This document shows, piece after piece, positions 1 to 9,733 of a DNA stretch of 54,910 nucleotides. Both the position numbers and the translations under genes were made by a program. Positions within the stretch are counted from its first letter, which is position 1. Each line of letters starts with the position of its first letter. The DNA is from Promethearchaeati archaeon (lineage in GTDB: Archaea > Asgardarchaeota > Heimdallarchaeia > JABLTI01): assembly GCA_013166835.1 (NCBI GenBank), contig JABLTI010000007.1, forward strand, positions 1-54,910, written 5' to 3'. The notes beneath the pieces were generated by a model that made no database searches, had not been told where the DNA came from, and was given only the letters and a program-made list of their open reading frames with translations.

Positions 1-113
1 TCGAAGTTAACATTTTTGTTTCGAATCTTTTGAGCAAAAAATTCAACTTCATCAGCACCCATTTTTAGGGCTTTATCAACAAAAGGCTCGATTATGGCTA
101 AAATGTCAGACAT
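1..113 (-). CDS. PmbA/TldE-like protein, N-terminal fragment (runs off the window edge)
   Basis: Hand translation MSDILAIIEPFVDKALKMGADEVEFFAQK matches the 'A..GADE.E' PmbA N-terminus; its start sits 1 nt after the tldD stop. Confidence 0.75.
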   Translation of the reverse strand, partial: MSDILAIIEPFVDKALKMGADEVEFFAQKIRNKNVNF

Positions 114-114
114 T

Positions 115-1503
115 TCATTTACCTCCTACATCACCAGAAACTAAAGCAATCGCTTTAGTAGGTCCACCACCACCGTCAACCTTGGCTGGCTGCCACTTAC
201 CGCATCTTCCAGCTGACATATCCAGTTTCCAATCTTTCCCAATTCCTGTTACCGATTTAAGAACCTCGAACGCGTCACCTGATATGGTTACATTTTTCAC
301 AAGACCATTGAGTTCTCCGTTTTTGATTTCATAAGCTTCTGATATTGCAAACATGAATTCAGCAGTACTATCTGCTTGTCCTCCTCCTGGTTGGGCAAGT
401 AAATAACCGAATTTAACATCTTCCAGAAGTTCTTCTTTTGTGAAATCTCCGGGTTCAAGGTAAGTGTTTCTCATTCTAATCAATGGTTCAACATCATATT
501 CCCAGGCTCTTTCGTTTCCTGTTGGTTTTACTCCGAAATGATGTGCTGTGTATCGACTATGAAGGAATGATTTCATTATTCCTTTTTCGATGATCACTGT
601 TTTCTCACTCTTAACTCCAGCATCATCTACAGCTAACCATCCACCAGCTGTTTCCTGTTCTCCAGTATCAACCATTGTAACTAATTCACTGCCTACTTTT
701 TTGCCTATTTTTCCTTTAGCAGCACTACCAGCAAGCACAAAATCACTTTCAACTGTATGACCGATGGCTTCGTGACTAATTATTCCTACAACTGAGGGTT
801 CCATTATAACTGTCTGTTTCCCACCTTTTGCTAATGGAGCATCAAGTAAAGCAATTGCTTTTTTCGCTGCTTCTTTCACCATATCCTCTGGTGTGAATTT
901 CTTGAATATTTCCCATCCTCCAGTCATTCCACTGACTGAATAAAACGGCATCATTTTGCCTGCTTCAGCAGCAGTTGCTTGGACATAGAAATCTGGTCTA
1001 CTATCAAACAATTCAACGTCAGTTCCATCGGAATTCATTATTATCCGGTGGTTAGTTGGTTCTCGTAAGAAAACCATTGATCCTTTTATTTTCTCATCTG
1101 TTTCCCGAAGCAATTTATCGGTATTCATTACTAAATTGACTCGTTCTTCGATACTATGATTTGCGAGTGGATCTTTGCCAATGGATTGGAATGTTCCAGT
1201 AACAGGTTTTATTGGTGCGAGTTCTATTTTCTCTTTCATACTTGGGGCTAGATTTTTGGCGGCTGCAACAGCGTTTTCCAGTGTTTCTTTGACTGCTTTG
1301 TTGTTTAATTCGCTGGTGCTTCCATACCCCCAAGCACCTTCAACTAGAACTCTAATACCGATTCCTGCAAAATCATCGACAATTGATCTTTGAAGTCGGC
1401 CCTTATCAGCTCGAACTTCGATTTTTTTCCTCTGATGGTATCGTGCTTCCACGTGCACGCCATCAGGTCTATTATCGATAGCAATTTTCAGTAAATCTCT
1501 CAT
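115..1503 (-). CDS. tldD: TldD family metalloprotease
   Basis: GIGIRV..GAWGY, HEAIGH zinc motif, RMRNTY, C-terminal CGK..Q..VDGGGP. Confidence 0.9.
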   Translation of the reverse strand: MRDLLKIAIDNRPDGVHVEARYHQRKKIEVRADKGRLQRSIVDDFAGIGIRVLVEGAWGYGSTSELNNKAVKETLENAVAAAKNLAPSMKEKIELAPIKPVTGTFQSIGKDPLANHSIEERVNLVMNTDKLLRETDEKIKGSMVFLREPTNHRIIMNSDGTDVELFDSRPDFYVQATAAEAGKMMPFYSVSGMTGGWEIFKKFTPEDMVKEAAKKAIALLDAPLAKGGKQTVIMEPSVVGIISHEAIGHTVESDFVLAGSAAKGKIGKKVGSELVTMVDTGEQETAGGWLAVDDAGVKSEKTVIIEKGIMKSFLHSRYTAHHFGVKPTGNERAWEYDVEPLIRMRNTYLEPGDFTKEELLEDVKFGYLLAQPGGGQADSTAEFMFAISEAYEIKNGELNGLVKNVTISGDAFEVLKSVTGIGKDWKLDMSAGRCGKWQPAKVDGGGGPTKAIALVSGDVGGK

Positions 1504-1649
1504 AAAGAATTCATCCTAAAACTTCTATGTGCATTTATCTTTTAAGATTAACTCACAATATGATTTGCGAAGAAAGATTGATTCACTGAAAGTGTTTTAA
1601 GGATTCATAATATATTATTAATAAAATTAAGAAGAATTTCAAACCTTTA

Positions 1650-2612
1650 ATGAAAACATGTGGGGAGCTGTTCATGGACATCACTGAATCCCAAGTAGTG
1701 GAAATTTGCAAAAAGTATAATTATGATTTCATAAGTTTTGAATTACTGGGAATTGGGGCATTCAATTTAAATTATTTATTGAAAACAAAGCAGGATAAAT
1801 TTGTTTTAAGAATTGAAAACAATGATCAATTTCATTTTAAGAAGGATGAATATGAAATATTAAGAAGTTTAAATGGGAAATTTGGTCCTAAGGTCTACTT
1901 TTTTGATGATTCAAAGAAAATCATTCCAGCAGATTATCTCATAGAGGAGTTTATTGATGTTGGAGAACATCCTCCTGCAGTTGCCTCGGATGAGTTTATA
2001 GAAACAATGGGTAAATGGTATAGAAGATTACATCTAATAAAAATAAAAAAACAAGATAGTACATATGATTTAGTTAAGGCTTTTAATTTTAACTACAACA
2101 AATACAGTGAAAATAAGGAAGTATTAGAAAAGAATGATCAAGAAATAATTGACAAATTACTCGAGAAAGCATTGAAAATCTTAAAATCAAATAATAATAT
2201 TTTTTCCAGAAGAAAGTATTTATCATTAACACAAGGGGATCCAACAAGGTCTAACATTTTTTATAGCAACAAGACAGTTAAATTGATTGATTGGGAATTT
2301 GCTATGTATCATTATAGGGAATATGATTTAGCTTTTTTTGTTTGGTCTTACTTAAGAAGAGATGAGAAGAGGAAATTAACCTTCTTTAAACATGCGGGTT
2401 ACCCTACAACTGATTTTTCGAGGAAACAATTCGAATTAATGTACCTTATCCGATGTCTTGATATGCTTGCTTGGAGCATTGAAAGGTTAAGTTTGATAAA
2501 AAGTGGTAAGATAGATCTAAGACAAACAAATTCAATTTTTGAGGAAGTATTGTATGGAATAAGAGAGGATTTTCAAGTAATTGAAAATGCTCTAGCGAAT
2601 CCTTTTCTTTGA
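1650..2612 (+). CDS. Aminoglycoside phosphotransferase/choline kinase-like protein (start may be ATG 1674)
   Basis: G.G.FNLNY, FVLRI, GDP..SNI, LIDWEFA, YDLA motifs. Confidence 0.8.
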   Translation: MKTCGELFMDITESQVVEICKKYNYDFISFELLGIGAFNLNYLLKTKQDKFVLRIENNDQFHFKKDEYEILRSLNGKFGPKVYFFDDSKKIIPADYLIEEFIDVGEHPPAVASDEFIETMGKWYRRLHLIKIKKQDSTYDLVKAFNFNYNKYSENKEVLEKNDQEIIDKLLEKALKILKSNNNIFSRRKYLSLTQGDPTRSNIFYSNKTVKLIDWEFAMYHYREYDLAFFVWSYLRRDEKRKLTFFKHAGYPTTDFSRKQFELMYLIRCLDMLAWSIERLSLIKSGKIDLRQTNSIFEEVLYGIREDFQVIENALANPFL

Positions 2613-2671
2613 ATAGGAAAGATTTTTCCTTTTGAATACTAAATTAATTCTACTGATTAAACAAATCTTCT

Positions 2672-3598
2672 TTGATAATTTGTGTGTGGTTTCAAATGGT
2701 AAAATTCAGTATTTATGATGAGTCTAAGCTTGATGCACAAATCGAACTAGTTCAAGATGTCATAAAAGATTGGGATTGGGTAATTTGGTATCCAAACAAA
2801 GAGTCTCTTCTAGAAAGTTACTCTCAAGTAGGATTTTCTCCCGATACACGTCATTATGCGTTTGATGGAGAGAAGCTCGTCGGTTTTTTGAGTAGTACTA
2901 TAGAAAGAGAAATTGATGGAGTTTTATTTGGATCCATTCATATACCTTTCATTCGAAAGGGTTACGAACATATTGAAGAAGAATTAGTGAAAAAAACAAT
3001 AGAGATACTGAAGACAAAAGGAGCACAAGCAATACGATCATTTGCAATGCCAGGATGGGGGAAGACCATACAAATTCTTGAAAAACATGGATTTGGAGAA
3101 AAGAAATTACTTAGTTATGCAACCATGATACCGGTAGACTTGCTAGTGAAAGATGATTACAAAAAACCAGTACATACAGAAGAACTAGATCTACCTAGGG
3201 AGAAACAAAAAATCATTAAACTTATTGTAAATGAAAGCAAACAACCAAAGGAGGTTGTTGAGAGATATCTTGATGATCTCATTTGGGCGGATGCAATACC
3301 AGCTTGTACAATTGTGTACAAAGAGGGAGTAGCATCTTTTGGTTATCTTGCTAAGGGTATGCGATATCTGGACATTCCAGGAAGAATTTTTCTGAGTTTT
3401 ACACCTGTTGTTAAGGAAGAGATAAAACACTTATTCAAAGACATCATCAAAGATGGTTTCGGATTCCTTGCACAGAAAGCCAAAGAAGCTGGATACGATA
3501 CTCTTTGGTATGAAGCGAGAGATGTAGAAAATATTGAACATTACAAAGAACTCGGACTAAAAATGGAACCAACGTATGGATTTACACTAAGAGTTTGA
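2672..3598 (+). CDS. Hypothetical GNAT-like protein (start probably ATG 2696)
   Basis: Long ORF with GNAT-like 'LVGFL', 'LEKHGF', 'YKELG' segments. Confidence 0.5.
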   Translation: MIICVWFQMVKFSIYDESKLDAQIELVQDVIKDWDWVIWYPNKESLLESYSQVGFSPDTRHYAFDGEKLVGFLSSTIEREIDGVLFGSIHIPFIRKGYEHIEEELVKKTIEILKTKGAQAIRSFAMPGWGKTIQILEKHGFGEKKLLSYATMIPVDLLVKDDYKKPVHTEELDLPREKQKIIKLIVNESKQPKEVVERYLDDLIWADAIPACTIVYKEGVASFGYLAKGMRYLDIPGRIFLSFTPVVKEEIKHLFKDIIKDGFGFLAQKAKEAGYDTLWYEARDVENIEHYKELGLKMEPTYGFTLRV

Positions 3599-3610
3599 GC
3601 AAATCAAATT

Positions 3611-4168
3611 TTAATCAGCATTCGTTCGTAATAAGTCTAAATAATCCAATAATCTATCCCAATGTATTGCTATTCTCGATATTTTATTACCATGTTCTAA
3701 GGTATGCTGAATGGTTTTAGAAACACTAAATTCTGCTGTTGCTTTCCCCCAATACGTGTCTGTCTTCTTTTCTTTCCATATTTTTTCAGACATTTTATTT
3801 ATGGCTTCAATTTGTTTTCCTCTCACAGAATGAAATCGTTTCAGCAATACTTTCAAATCTACTCCTTTTACTAGCTCCTTATCCCACATCTCTTTTTCAT
3901 TAGGAATGTCTTTCTTAGCTGGAATTGATTCACCTAGCCAATATTTCAAACCAGGCAACGCCCAATTTTCTTCGTAATGAACAAGATGAAATAATAAGCG
4001 ATAAGCAGACCATAAACCAAAATACCTTTGCATGGATTCATCAGCTTTTGGATGAGTGCTATGAGGAGGGATTTCTAGTAGACTTTCTACTGGAACGAGA
4101 TTAATAGCCCAATCAATGATTTTCGCAGTTTCTCCTAATTGGTTTGCAAGAAAATTTTTGGAATTCAT
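3611..4168 (-). CDS. DinB/DUF664-like four-helix bundle protein
   Basis: WS...L.HLVHYE and QHTLEH motifs. Confidence 0.7.
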   Translation of the reverse strand: MNSKNFLANQLGETAKIIDWAINLVPVESLLEIPPHSTHPKADESMQRYFGLWSAYRLLFHLVHYEENWALPGLKYWLGESIPAKKDIPNEKEMWDKELVKGVDLKVLLKRFHSVRGKQIEAINKMSEKIWKEKKTDTYWGKATAEFSVSKTIQHTLEHGNKISRIAIHWDRLLDYLDLLRTNAD

Positions 4169-4222
4169 ATATTACAATAAGTGACTTGAGTAAAATAAAT
4201 TGCTTAAAATCTAGAATAAAAA

Positions 4223-4364
4223 TGGTGCCGGAGACGGGATTTGAACCCGCGCGTGCGGAAGCACAATGGATATTTGCAATCCATCAGGAGGGATTTTAGC
4301 AATCCATCTCCCTACCAGGTTTCCCTTCGGAACTCACAAGTTACCGAATCTAGGACACCCCGGC
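4223..4364 (-). tRNA. tRNA-Ser(GCT) with two introns (4320-4349 at position 15/16; 4272-4296 at 37/38), CCA encoded
   Basis: Acceptor GCCGGGG/CTCCGGC, D-arm TCCT..GGGA, anticodon stem ATGGA/TCCAT, long variable arm GTGC/GCAC, T-arm GCGGG-TTCAAAT-CCCGT; removing both inserts gives an 87-nt type II tRNA. Confidence 0.92.
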
Positions 4365-4484
4365 ACGTTTTCTATTTTTGTGTTTTTAGCATCAATTTAA
4401 AAAACATTACGGTTGAGTTGTGATTTGTGTTTTTTTCTCTGTTTTTAGAATAGTTTTATTTTCTTCATTGTTGATTGTTTCTTC

Positions 4485-5192
4485 ATGACTGATGATAAGT
4501 TCCTCGATATCCCTAAAGATTTCAGAAAGGAGTTAATTCCTGTTCGTCAAGAACAAGTTCTTCTTTCTCCCCACGTTCTCCTTGATGGTGATATCTCTCT
4601 TGAAGATATTACTCTTGTTGCTGGCTTAGATGTTGCCTACTCTAAGGATGACAAATTAGCTTGTGCTAGTCTTGTTGTGGTTGATTTTCGAACCTTGGAA
4701 CCTGTAGAAGAGCATTTTGAATATTTTCAACCTGCTATTCCTTATATTCCTAGTTTTCTTTATTATCGCGAATCCCCTGGTTATCATTCAGTTATTAAGT
4801 ATCTCGAAGAGAAACCTGATCTATTCCTTTTTGATGGGAATGGGATTATTCACCCTTATGGAATTGGTTTAGCAAGTCAAATGGGTTTGGAACTACTACA
4901 ACCTACTGTTGGTATCGCTAAGAAACTTCTATTGGGAGAATATGTTGATCCGTTAAAAAAGGGTGGGTACTCACAGATAGTTTTTGAAGAGAAGGTTATT
5001 GGAGCTGCTTTTCAATCGGCTGATCCACCAGCAAAACCAATTTTCTTATCTCAAGGTCATTTAATTAATTTCAATACCACAGTGTATGTTATTCGTGAAT
5101 TTTTCCAAAATCAAATTTTTAGTGCAAAATTACCTGTGCCATTATTACTTGCTGACAAATTAGCAAGGGAGAAACTAGGTGAAAGAGAGTAA
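4485..5192 (+). CDS. nfi: Endonuclease V
   Basis: AGLDVAY, PYIP.FL..RE, DGNGIIHP, GIAK motifs. Confidence 0.93.
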   Translation: MTDDKFLDIPKDFRKELIPVRQEQVLLSPHVLLDGDISLEDITLVAGLDVAYSKDDKLACASLVVVDFRTLEPVEEHFEYFQPAIPYIPSFLYYRESPGYHSVIKYLEEKPDLFLFDGNGIIHPYGIGLASQMGLELLQPTVGIAKKLLLGEYVDPLKKGGYSQIVFEEKVIGAAFQSADPPAKPIFLSQGHLINFNTTVYVIREFFQNQIFSAKLPVPLLLADKLAREKLGERE

Positions 5193-6143
5193 TCAATTCT
5201 CTTTGTGTTCAACTTTTGGACATTGCTCTATTACTATGTTTCTTCTGCACATGGGGCAGATACCCTTTACTTTCAACCATTCCACTAGTAGGGGTTTTTT
5301 CGCTACATTACTACAGTACGGGCAAGCGACCACATCATCTTCTTCAAAATCTACATTCAAACCTGAAACCATACATCGTGGTTGTTTATTTGATACAAAG
5401 ATAATTTCTACCCCGCCTTTTACGATTCTTCGCTGCATTACTTGAATGGGAATTTTTAATTCATTTTTTTTCTTTAATTCTCTTTTTTCCTTTCTCTGGT
5501 CTTCTCTGAGAACTTTTCTCTTCATTCTCTCATATCTTCTTGCTTTTACTCTTCGTATTATTTTTGATCCATCGAAGTCTATTTTTGGGAGACGTATACT
5601 GCGCCAATTTATGACTCCAACAACATTTGAGAGAAAGCCAATTATGAATGCTAATAAGAAAACCCCACCTATTACCGAGGCTGAAACCCAGAGCCAGCGC
5701 CAATTTGTTGGTATGCTATAGGGTTCAACTATCTTTTCTATCCCTGTTAGGTTCTCTTTCACTGTTATTGTGAAAAATCCCCAATTATAATTCGAAAACG
5801 CTCGTATGTAGTAATCTCCGCTGATTTCTGGTGTGTAAAGAGTTGTTTCATCTCCTTGACCTGCTTCATCAACTGTTACCAGAGCATTCCTTTCTTTGGG
5901 TCTATCATCTATGTGAATGGAAAATCCTATATCCATTTGATAATACTCATCAACTTCTATTGTGAAATTACAAGCGATTCCGGATTCCAAATCTAAAACT
6001 TTGAAATAGGCTTCATCTGTGGTTCCAACATTTGAATTGTAACTTTGAATGAAACTACTCTCATTCATTGGAAGAATTACTACGAGTATACTAATTGTTA
6101 GAAAAGTTATTCCAATTTTTCTTGTTATATTCTTTTTCAGCAA
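5193..6143 (-). CDS. Single-pass membrane protein with C-terminal RING/U-box-like zinc finger
   Basis: N-terminal signal/TM, beta-rich ectodomain, TM, basic coil, then CMVS...CPYC...WL....CPMCR. Confidence 0.65.
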   Translation of the reverse strand: MLKKNITRKIGITFLTISILVVILPMNESSFIQSYNSNVGTTDEAYFKVLDLESGIACNFTIEVDEYYQMDIGFSIHIDDRPKERNALVTVDEAGQGDETTLYTPEISGDYYIRAFSNYNWGFFTITVKENLTGIEKIVEPYSIPTNWRWLWVSASVIGGVFLLAFIIGFLSNVVGVINWRSIRLPKIDFDGSKIIRRVKARRYERMKRKVLREDQRKEKRELKKKNELKIPIQVMQRRIVKGGVEIIFVSNKQPRCMVSGLNVDFEEDDVVACPYCSNVAKKPLLVEWLKVKGICPMCRRNIVIEQCPKVEHKEN

Positions 6144-6314
6144 TTATTCATACTCCAAATTAGAATGATTTCATCTGAATTAAAAGTTTGATTGTTAAGA
6201 AAGAAATTTCTATGATTTTGTTGTTAGTATTTCTTATTTATTGAAGAAGAATGTTTTAATCAAAAATTAAGGAATCATAATATTAACTAATCCAATAGTT
6301 TTGGAGATTATGAT

Positions 6315-7169
6315 TTGAATAATCAGCGTAATGTAAATAAAATCCTAAAGAGTCGTTCAACACTCGAGGGAGCTGGGGTTCGTTTAGAACGGGTTTTTGG
6401 TTATCACGAAGTTCCATTATTCGATCCATTTTTGCTTCTTGATCATTTTGGCTCCGATAATCCTGATGATTATTTAGCAGGTTTTCCTTGGCATCCACAT
6501 AGGGGAATTGAAACGATTACCTACATGTTAGATGGAGACGTAGAACACGAAGATAGTCTTGGCAATAAAGGGGTTATTACTAACGGAGATGTACAATGGA
6601 TGACCGCTGGCAGCGGTATTATCCATCAAGAAATGCCTCATCGCTCTGAAGGTTTAATGCAAGGATTTCAGTTGTGGGCTAATCTTCCAGCTAAGAATAA
6701 AATGATGCATCCCAGATATAGGGACATAAAGAAAGAAGAAATTCCTGAATTTGCAGTGAATGAGAAAGTACAAGTAAAGATTATTTCCGGAAATGTGAAT
6801 GGTACTAGAGGTCCAGTACAAGATATTGTTACAGATCCAGAATACATTGATGTGTCAATAAAACCAGATGGTACTTTCAAACATCCTGTTAAGGTTGGGC
6901 ATACTGTTTTTGCTTACATTTTTGAAGGTGCAGGATTTTTTGACAAAAAACAAGAAGAAATGACAAGCAAAGGTTCTGTCGTATTATATGCTGACGGGGA
7001 TTTTGTTGAAATATATACAAAGGATAAACCAGTGAGATTTTTGCTAATCTCTGGAAAACCGATTGGTGAACCAGTAGCATGGAATGGTCCAATTGTAATG
7101 AACACAGAACATGAACTTAGAATTGCATTTCAAGAATATAGAAATAAAACATTCATCAAACATAAATAA
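6315..7169 (+). CDS. Pirin family protein
   Basis: DPFLLLDHF, FPWHPHRGIET, WMTAGSGIIHQE, GPIVMNT. Confidence 0.95.
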   Translation: MNNQRNVNKILKSRSTLEGAGVRLERVFGYHEVPLFDPFLLLDHFGSDNPDDYLAGFPWHPHRGIETITYMLDGDVEHEDSLGNKGVITNGDVQWMTAGSGIIHQEMPHRSEGLMQGFQLWANLPAKNKMMHPRYRDIKKEEIPEFAVNEKVQVKIISGNVNGTRGPVQDIVTDPEYIDVSIKPDGTFKHPVKVGHTVFAYIFEGAGFFDKKQEEMTSKGSVVLYADGDFVEIYTKDKPVRFLLISGKPIGEPVAWNGPIVMNTEHELRIAFQEYRNKTFIKHK

Positions 7170-7211
7170 TTCAAATAAAAAAAAATAGAATAAGATTCGC
7201 TATTTAGCGAA

Positions 7212-8279
7212 TCATTTTTTCTTCTTGCTGTCGATTTGTGCTTGAGCAATTTTCTGGAAACCGATAGCATTTGCTAATACAGGATCTTCCGGGACAATTA
7301 CCTCTTCTGGTGATTGTACTACATTGTTTTCGGTTAGAATATTTTTCATTCGTTCACCAAAGACTTCAGCACCGCCACCAGTTAGAATGACTTTTTCAAT
7401 CCAAGCATCGGGTGGGAGGGTACCAAGTAAGGTTGATAATTCATCCACTATGATGTCTGCAATTGAATTGACATAATAAGTGAGGGTTTCAGAAATATCA
7501 TATTGCTCTCCTGCTACCATTACATTCTTTCTTCCAATCTCTATGGATTTTATCAATTCAAATGGTCGCAAAATCTTCCCTGTTTGCTGATTCAAGTTGC
7601 TAGCAATTCTTTCAGCAAGGGTTGTTATTGATTCTTGTACACTTCCACTTGCTGTTCGCATTAGTCTACCTTCATAAACAGTAAGAATATTTGTTGCACC
7701 AGCTCCGATATCCACAACTACTGCATCAACTGCTCTTTGTTCACCAGATGATTTCAGGATTTCATAATAAGATCCATAACAAACTGGCATTACTAAGCAT
7801 TGGTCTATCTTAAGGTTGATTTGTTTTTCTTCCCCTGTTGCATCATTTGCAACATTTATTGTCATAGCTCCTTTCAGACCCTTACTTAAAGTTACCATTT
7901 CATCTTGAGGACTAGCAACTGGCACTCCAGTAGCAACTATAAAATTACCATAGTCCTTTTCTACGAAATTCGAAAGAGCTGCTTTTATTGCTATGATTGC
8001 ATCTTTCAAGCTTTTCATTTTACCTTTATCTGCTAATGGTCGTTTTATTTCGCTTTGTAATCTTGCTAATTCTCCTACGAAATATTTCTTCCCATCATCA
8101 GTTTGTAGCATAAGATTATTTATCCAAGATTTATCAGTCCCTAATCCTTTCCATCCAGGATTTGGATCACCAACTAAACTTGGAATTTTTATAATCTTTT
8201 TACCACCAGGTCCTACTAGTTTTGTTATGCTCGTACCAAGATCTATTCCGATTGCCATTGTATCGCTTTTTTTGGACAA
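7212..8279 (-). CDS. ParM/StbA-like actin-fold ATPase
   Basis: Phosphate-1 IDLGTSITK, VGELA, TGVP, phosphate-2 VDIGAGATN, adenosine ILTGGGA, DP..ANA.G. Confidence 0.85.
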   Translation of the reverse strand: MSKKSDTMAIGIDLGTSITKLVGPGGKKIIKIPSLVGDPNPGWKGLGTDKSWINNLMLQTDDGKKYFVGELARLQSEIKRPLADKGKMKSLKDAIIAIKAALSNFVEKDYGNFIVATGVPVASPQDEMVTLSKGLKGAMTINVANDATGEEKQINLKIDQCLVMPVCYGSYYEILKSSGEQRAVDAVVVDIGAGATNILTVYEGRLMRTASGSVQESITTLAERIASNLNQQTGKILRPFELIKSIEIGRKNVMVAGEQYDISETLTYYVNSIADIIVDELSTLLGTLPPDAWIEKVILTGGGAEVFGERMKNILTENNVVQSPEEVIVPEDPVLANAIGFQKIAQAQIDSKKKK

Positions 8280-8371
8280 TATATTACACCCTGTCTTATC
8301 TATAAATTTCTAATTAAGTATTAAAACATCTAATTAAAAGCTTTAATGATGAGGCACTTTTTGAGAAAAAT

Positions 8372-9733
8372 CTATTGCCCAGCCCGAGGTGTTCTTTGTC
8401 TTCTCCTAGGTCGTCTTCGTTCTGTTTCCTTCTCTTCAGATACTGGGTGAATAATGGGTCTTTGTGCTATTGCTTCCATTCTTCTTGTTGCTCTTTTTTG
8501 GATAAATTGAACAATTAATCCAACGAGTAAGAATAGAACTGCCAAGGGAGCTAAAACCATCATAATCATTTCTGGTTGTCCAGCTTCAATACTATTAATG
8601 ATTGAATCAGGCATATTGAGAAATTGCAGGATTGGTAATGGATTCAATGCAAGCCAGGAAAGTAACAATAATGCTACCATTCTAAATAAGGTGCCTGAGG
8701 TTATAATAAGAATTAATCTAGCCAATGATGGAGTATATGCTGAGGCTGATAATGACACAGCAATCATTGGATCATCTCGTTCAAGTTGCTCGTAATAACT
8801 CTTGAGACGATTATTCATTTTGTCCCAATCCTCATCAGGTGAAATTCTAAACAATTTCTTTCCAACTAAGCCTTTTATTCTTGAGAAAGCTGTACTTACA
8901 GTCATTCTAGCCCTTGACGTGTTTTTACTACCTCGTATACCCATTCTTTCAGGTTCTTCTTCTTCTGTTTCCGGTCTTTCTTTTTTCATTCTCTCTAAAG
9001 GCATCTTGAATTCTCTTATTCTCTTAATATTGCTTGAGATTCTCCTATGTCTATGGATATTAGGACCTATTACATTGTACACGTAACTGGCCTGAAAACT
9101 CAATTCCAATGAGAAGTAAATTAGGAAAGCAGTAATTACTAATTTCGAGAAAATCATTTGAGTGATATTTCCACTACCAAGGTCTATATCAATAAGCAAT
9201 TTCCCACTTAAAGATGCTAAACCAAGAACTATATTCATTCCAAAAAAGGAAACTGCCGATAGTGCGGGATTACATTCTCGTAGGAATCCTAAACCAGCAA
9301 TTAGTGCAATAAATAAGATAATCATAATGAAGAAAGAATAAAGTGGTTCAAAGAGATTTGGTTGAGCAAAAAATTCTAGCGGTTGTAATATAATTTGCTC
9401 AATTTCTACTCCCATGATGGTATCTCCTCCTCCAAAAATTGCTGAATGAAAACTATCCATTAATGCTACAGCTCCAGAATCATCATATCCGAGCATATAG
9501 GCAATTCCATAACCAATTAAGAGAAATAAAATCTCAAAAATGAAGACAAAGAATTTCAAACTATACCAGAATGATTGGAAATTCCAAATGGAAGTATCGA
9601 TTGAGGATATTACTAGCGCAAAACTAGCTATGAAAACTAGAGCAGCAAATACTCGAGTCATGTTTAGGAGATTTCGCATCTTCCTTACTTTATCTGCTTC
9701 AACTCTGGTACCAATTACTTCAGACAAGACCAA
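8372..9733 (-). CDS. Multi-pass membrane protein, hypothetical
   Basis: About 7 hydrophobic helices; overlaps the DUF58 gene end. Confidence 0.75.
   Translation of the reverse strand: MVLSEVIGTRVEADKVRKMRNLLNMTRVFAALVFIASFALVISSIDTSIWNFQSFWYSLKFFVFIFEILFLLIGYGIAYMLGYDDSGAVALMDSFHSAIFGGGDTIMGVEIEQIILQPLEFFAQPNLFEPLYSFFIMIILFIALIAGLGFLRECNPALSAVSFFGMNIVLGLASLSGKLLIDIDLGSGNITQMIFSKLVITAFLIYFSLELSFQASYVYNVIGPNIHRHRRISSNIKRIREFKMPLERMKKERPETEEEEPERMGIRGSKNTSRARMTVSTAFSRIKGLVGKKLFRISPDEDWDKMNNRLKSYYEQLERDDPMIAVSLSASAYTPSLARLILIITSGTLFRMVALLLLSWLALNPLPILQFLNMPDSIINSIEAGQPEMIMMVLAPLAVLFLLVGLIVQFIQKRATRRMEAIAQRPIIHPVSEEKETERRRPRRRQRTPRAGQ

Noticed and set aside
4266-4286. Reading the tRNA as Cys(GCA), Leu(CAA) or Sec
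   Set aside because: GCAA lies inside the intron as the BHB helix strand; correct splicing gives a GCT anticodon with a Ser-type D-loop and variable arm
1650-4364. Integrated element at the tRNA 3' end
   Set aside because: No integrase and no duplicated tRNA 3' att repeat were seen in the window
4241-4423. 60-aa ORF
   Set aside because: Antisense shadow of the tRNA gene
7212-8279. Calling this a true Asgard actin (lokiactin/crenactin)
   Set aside because: It lacks DNG(S/T)G and other actin-specific motifs; the pattern fits the ParM/StbA-like group
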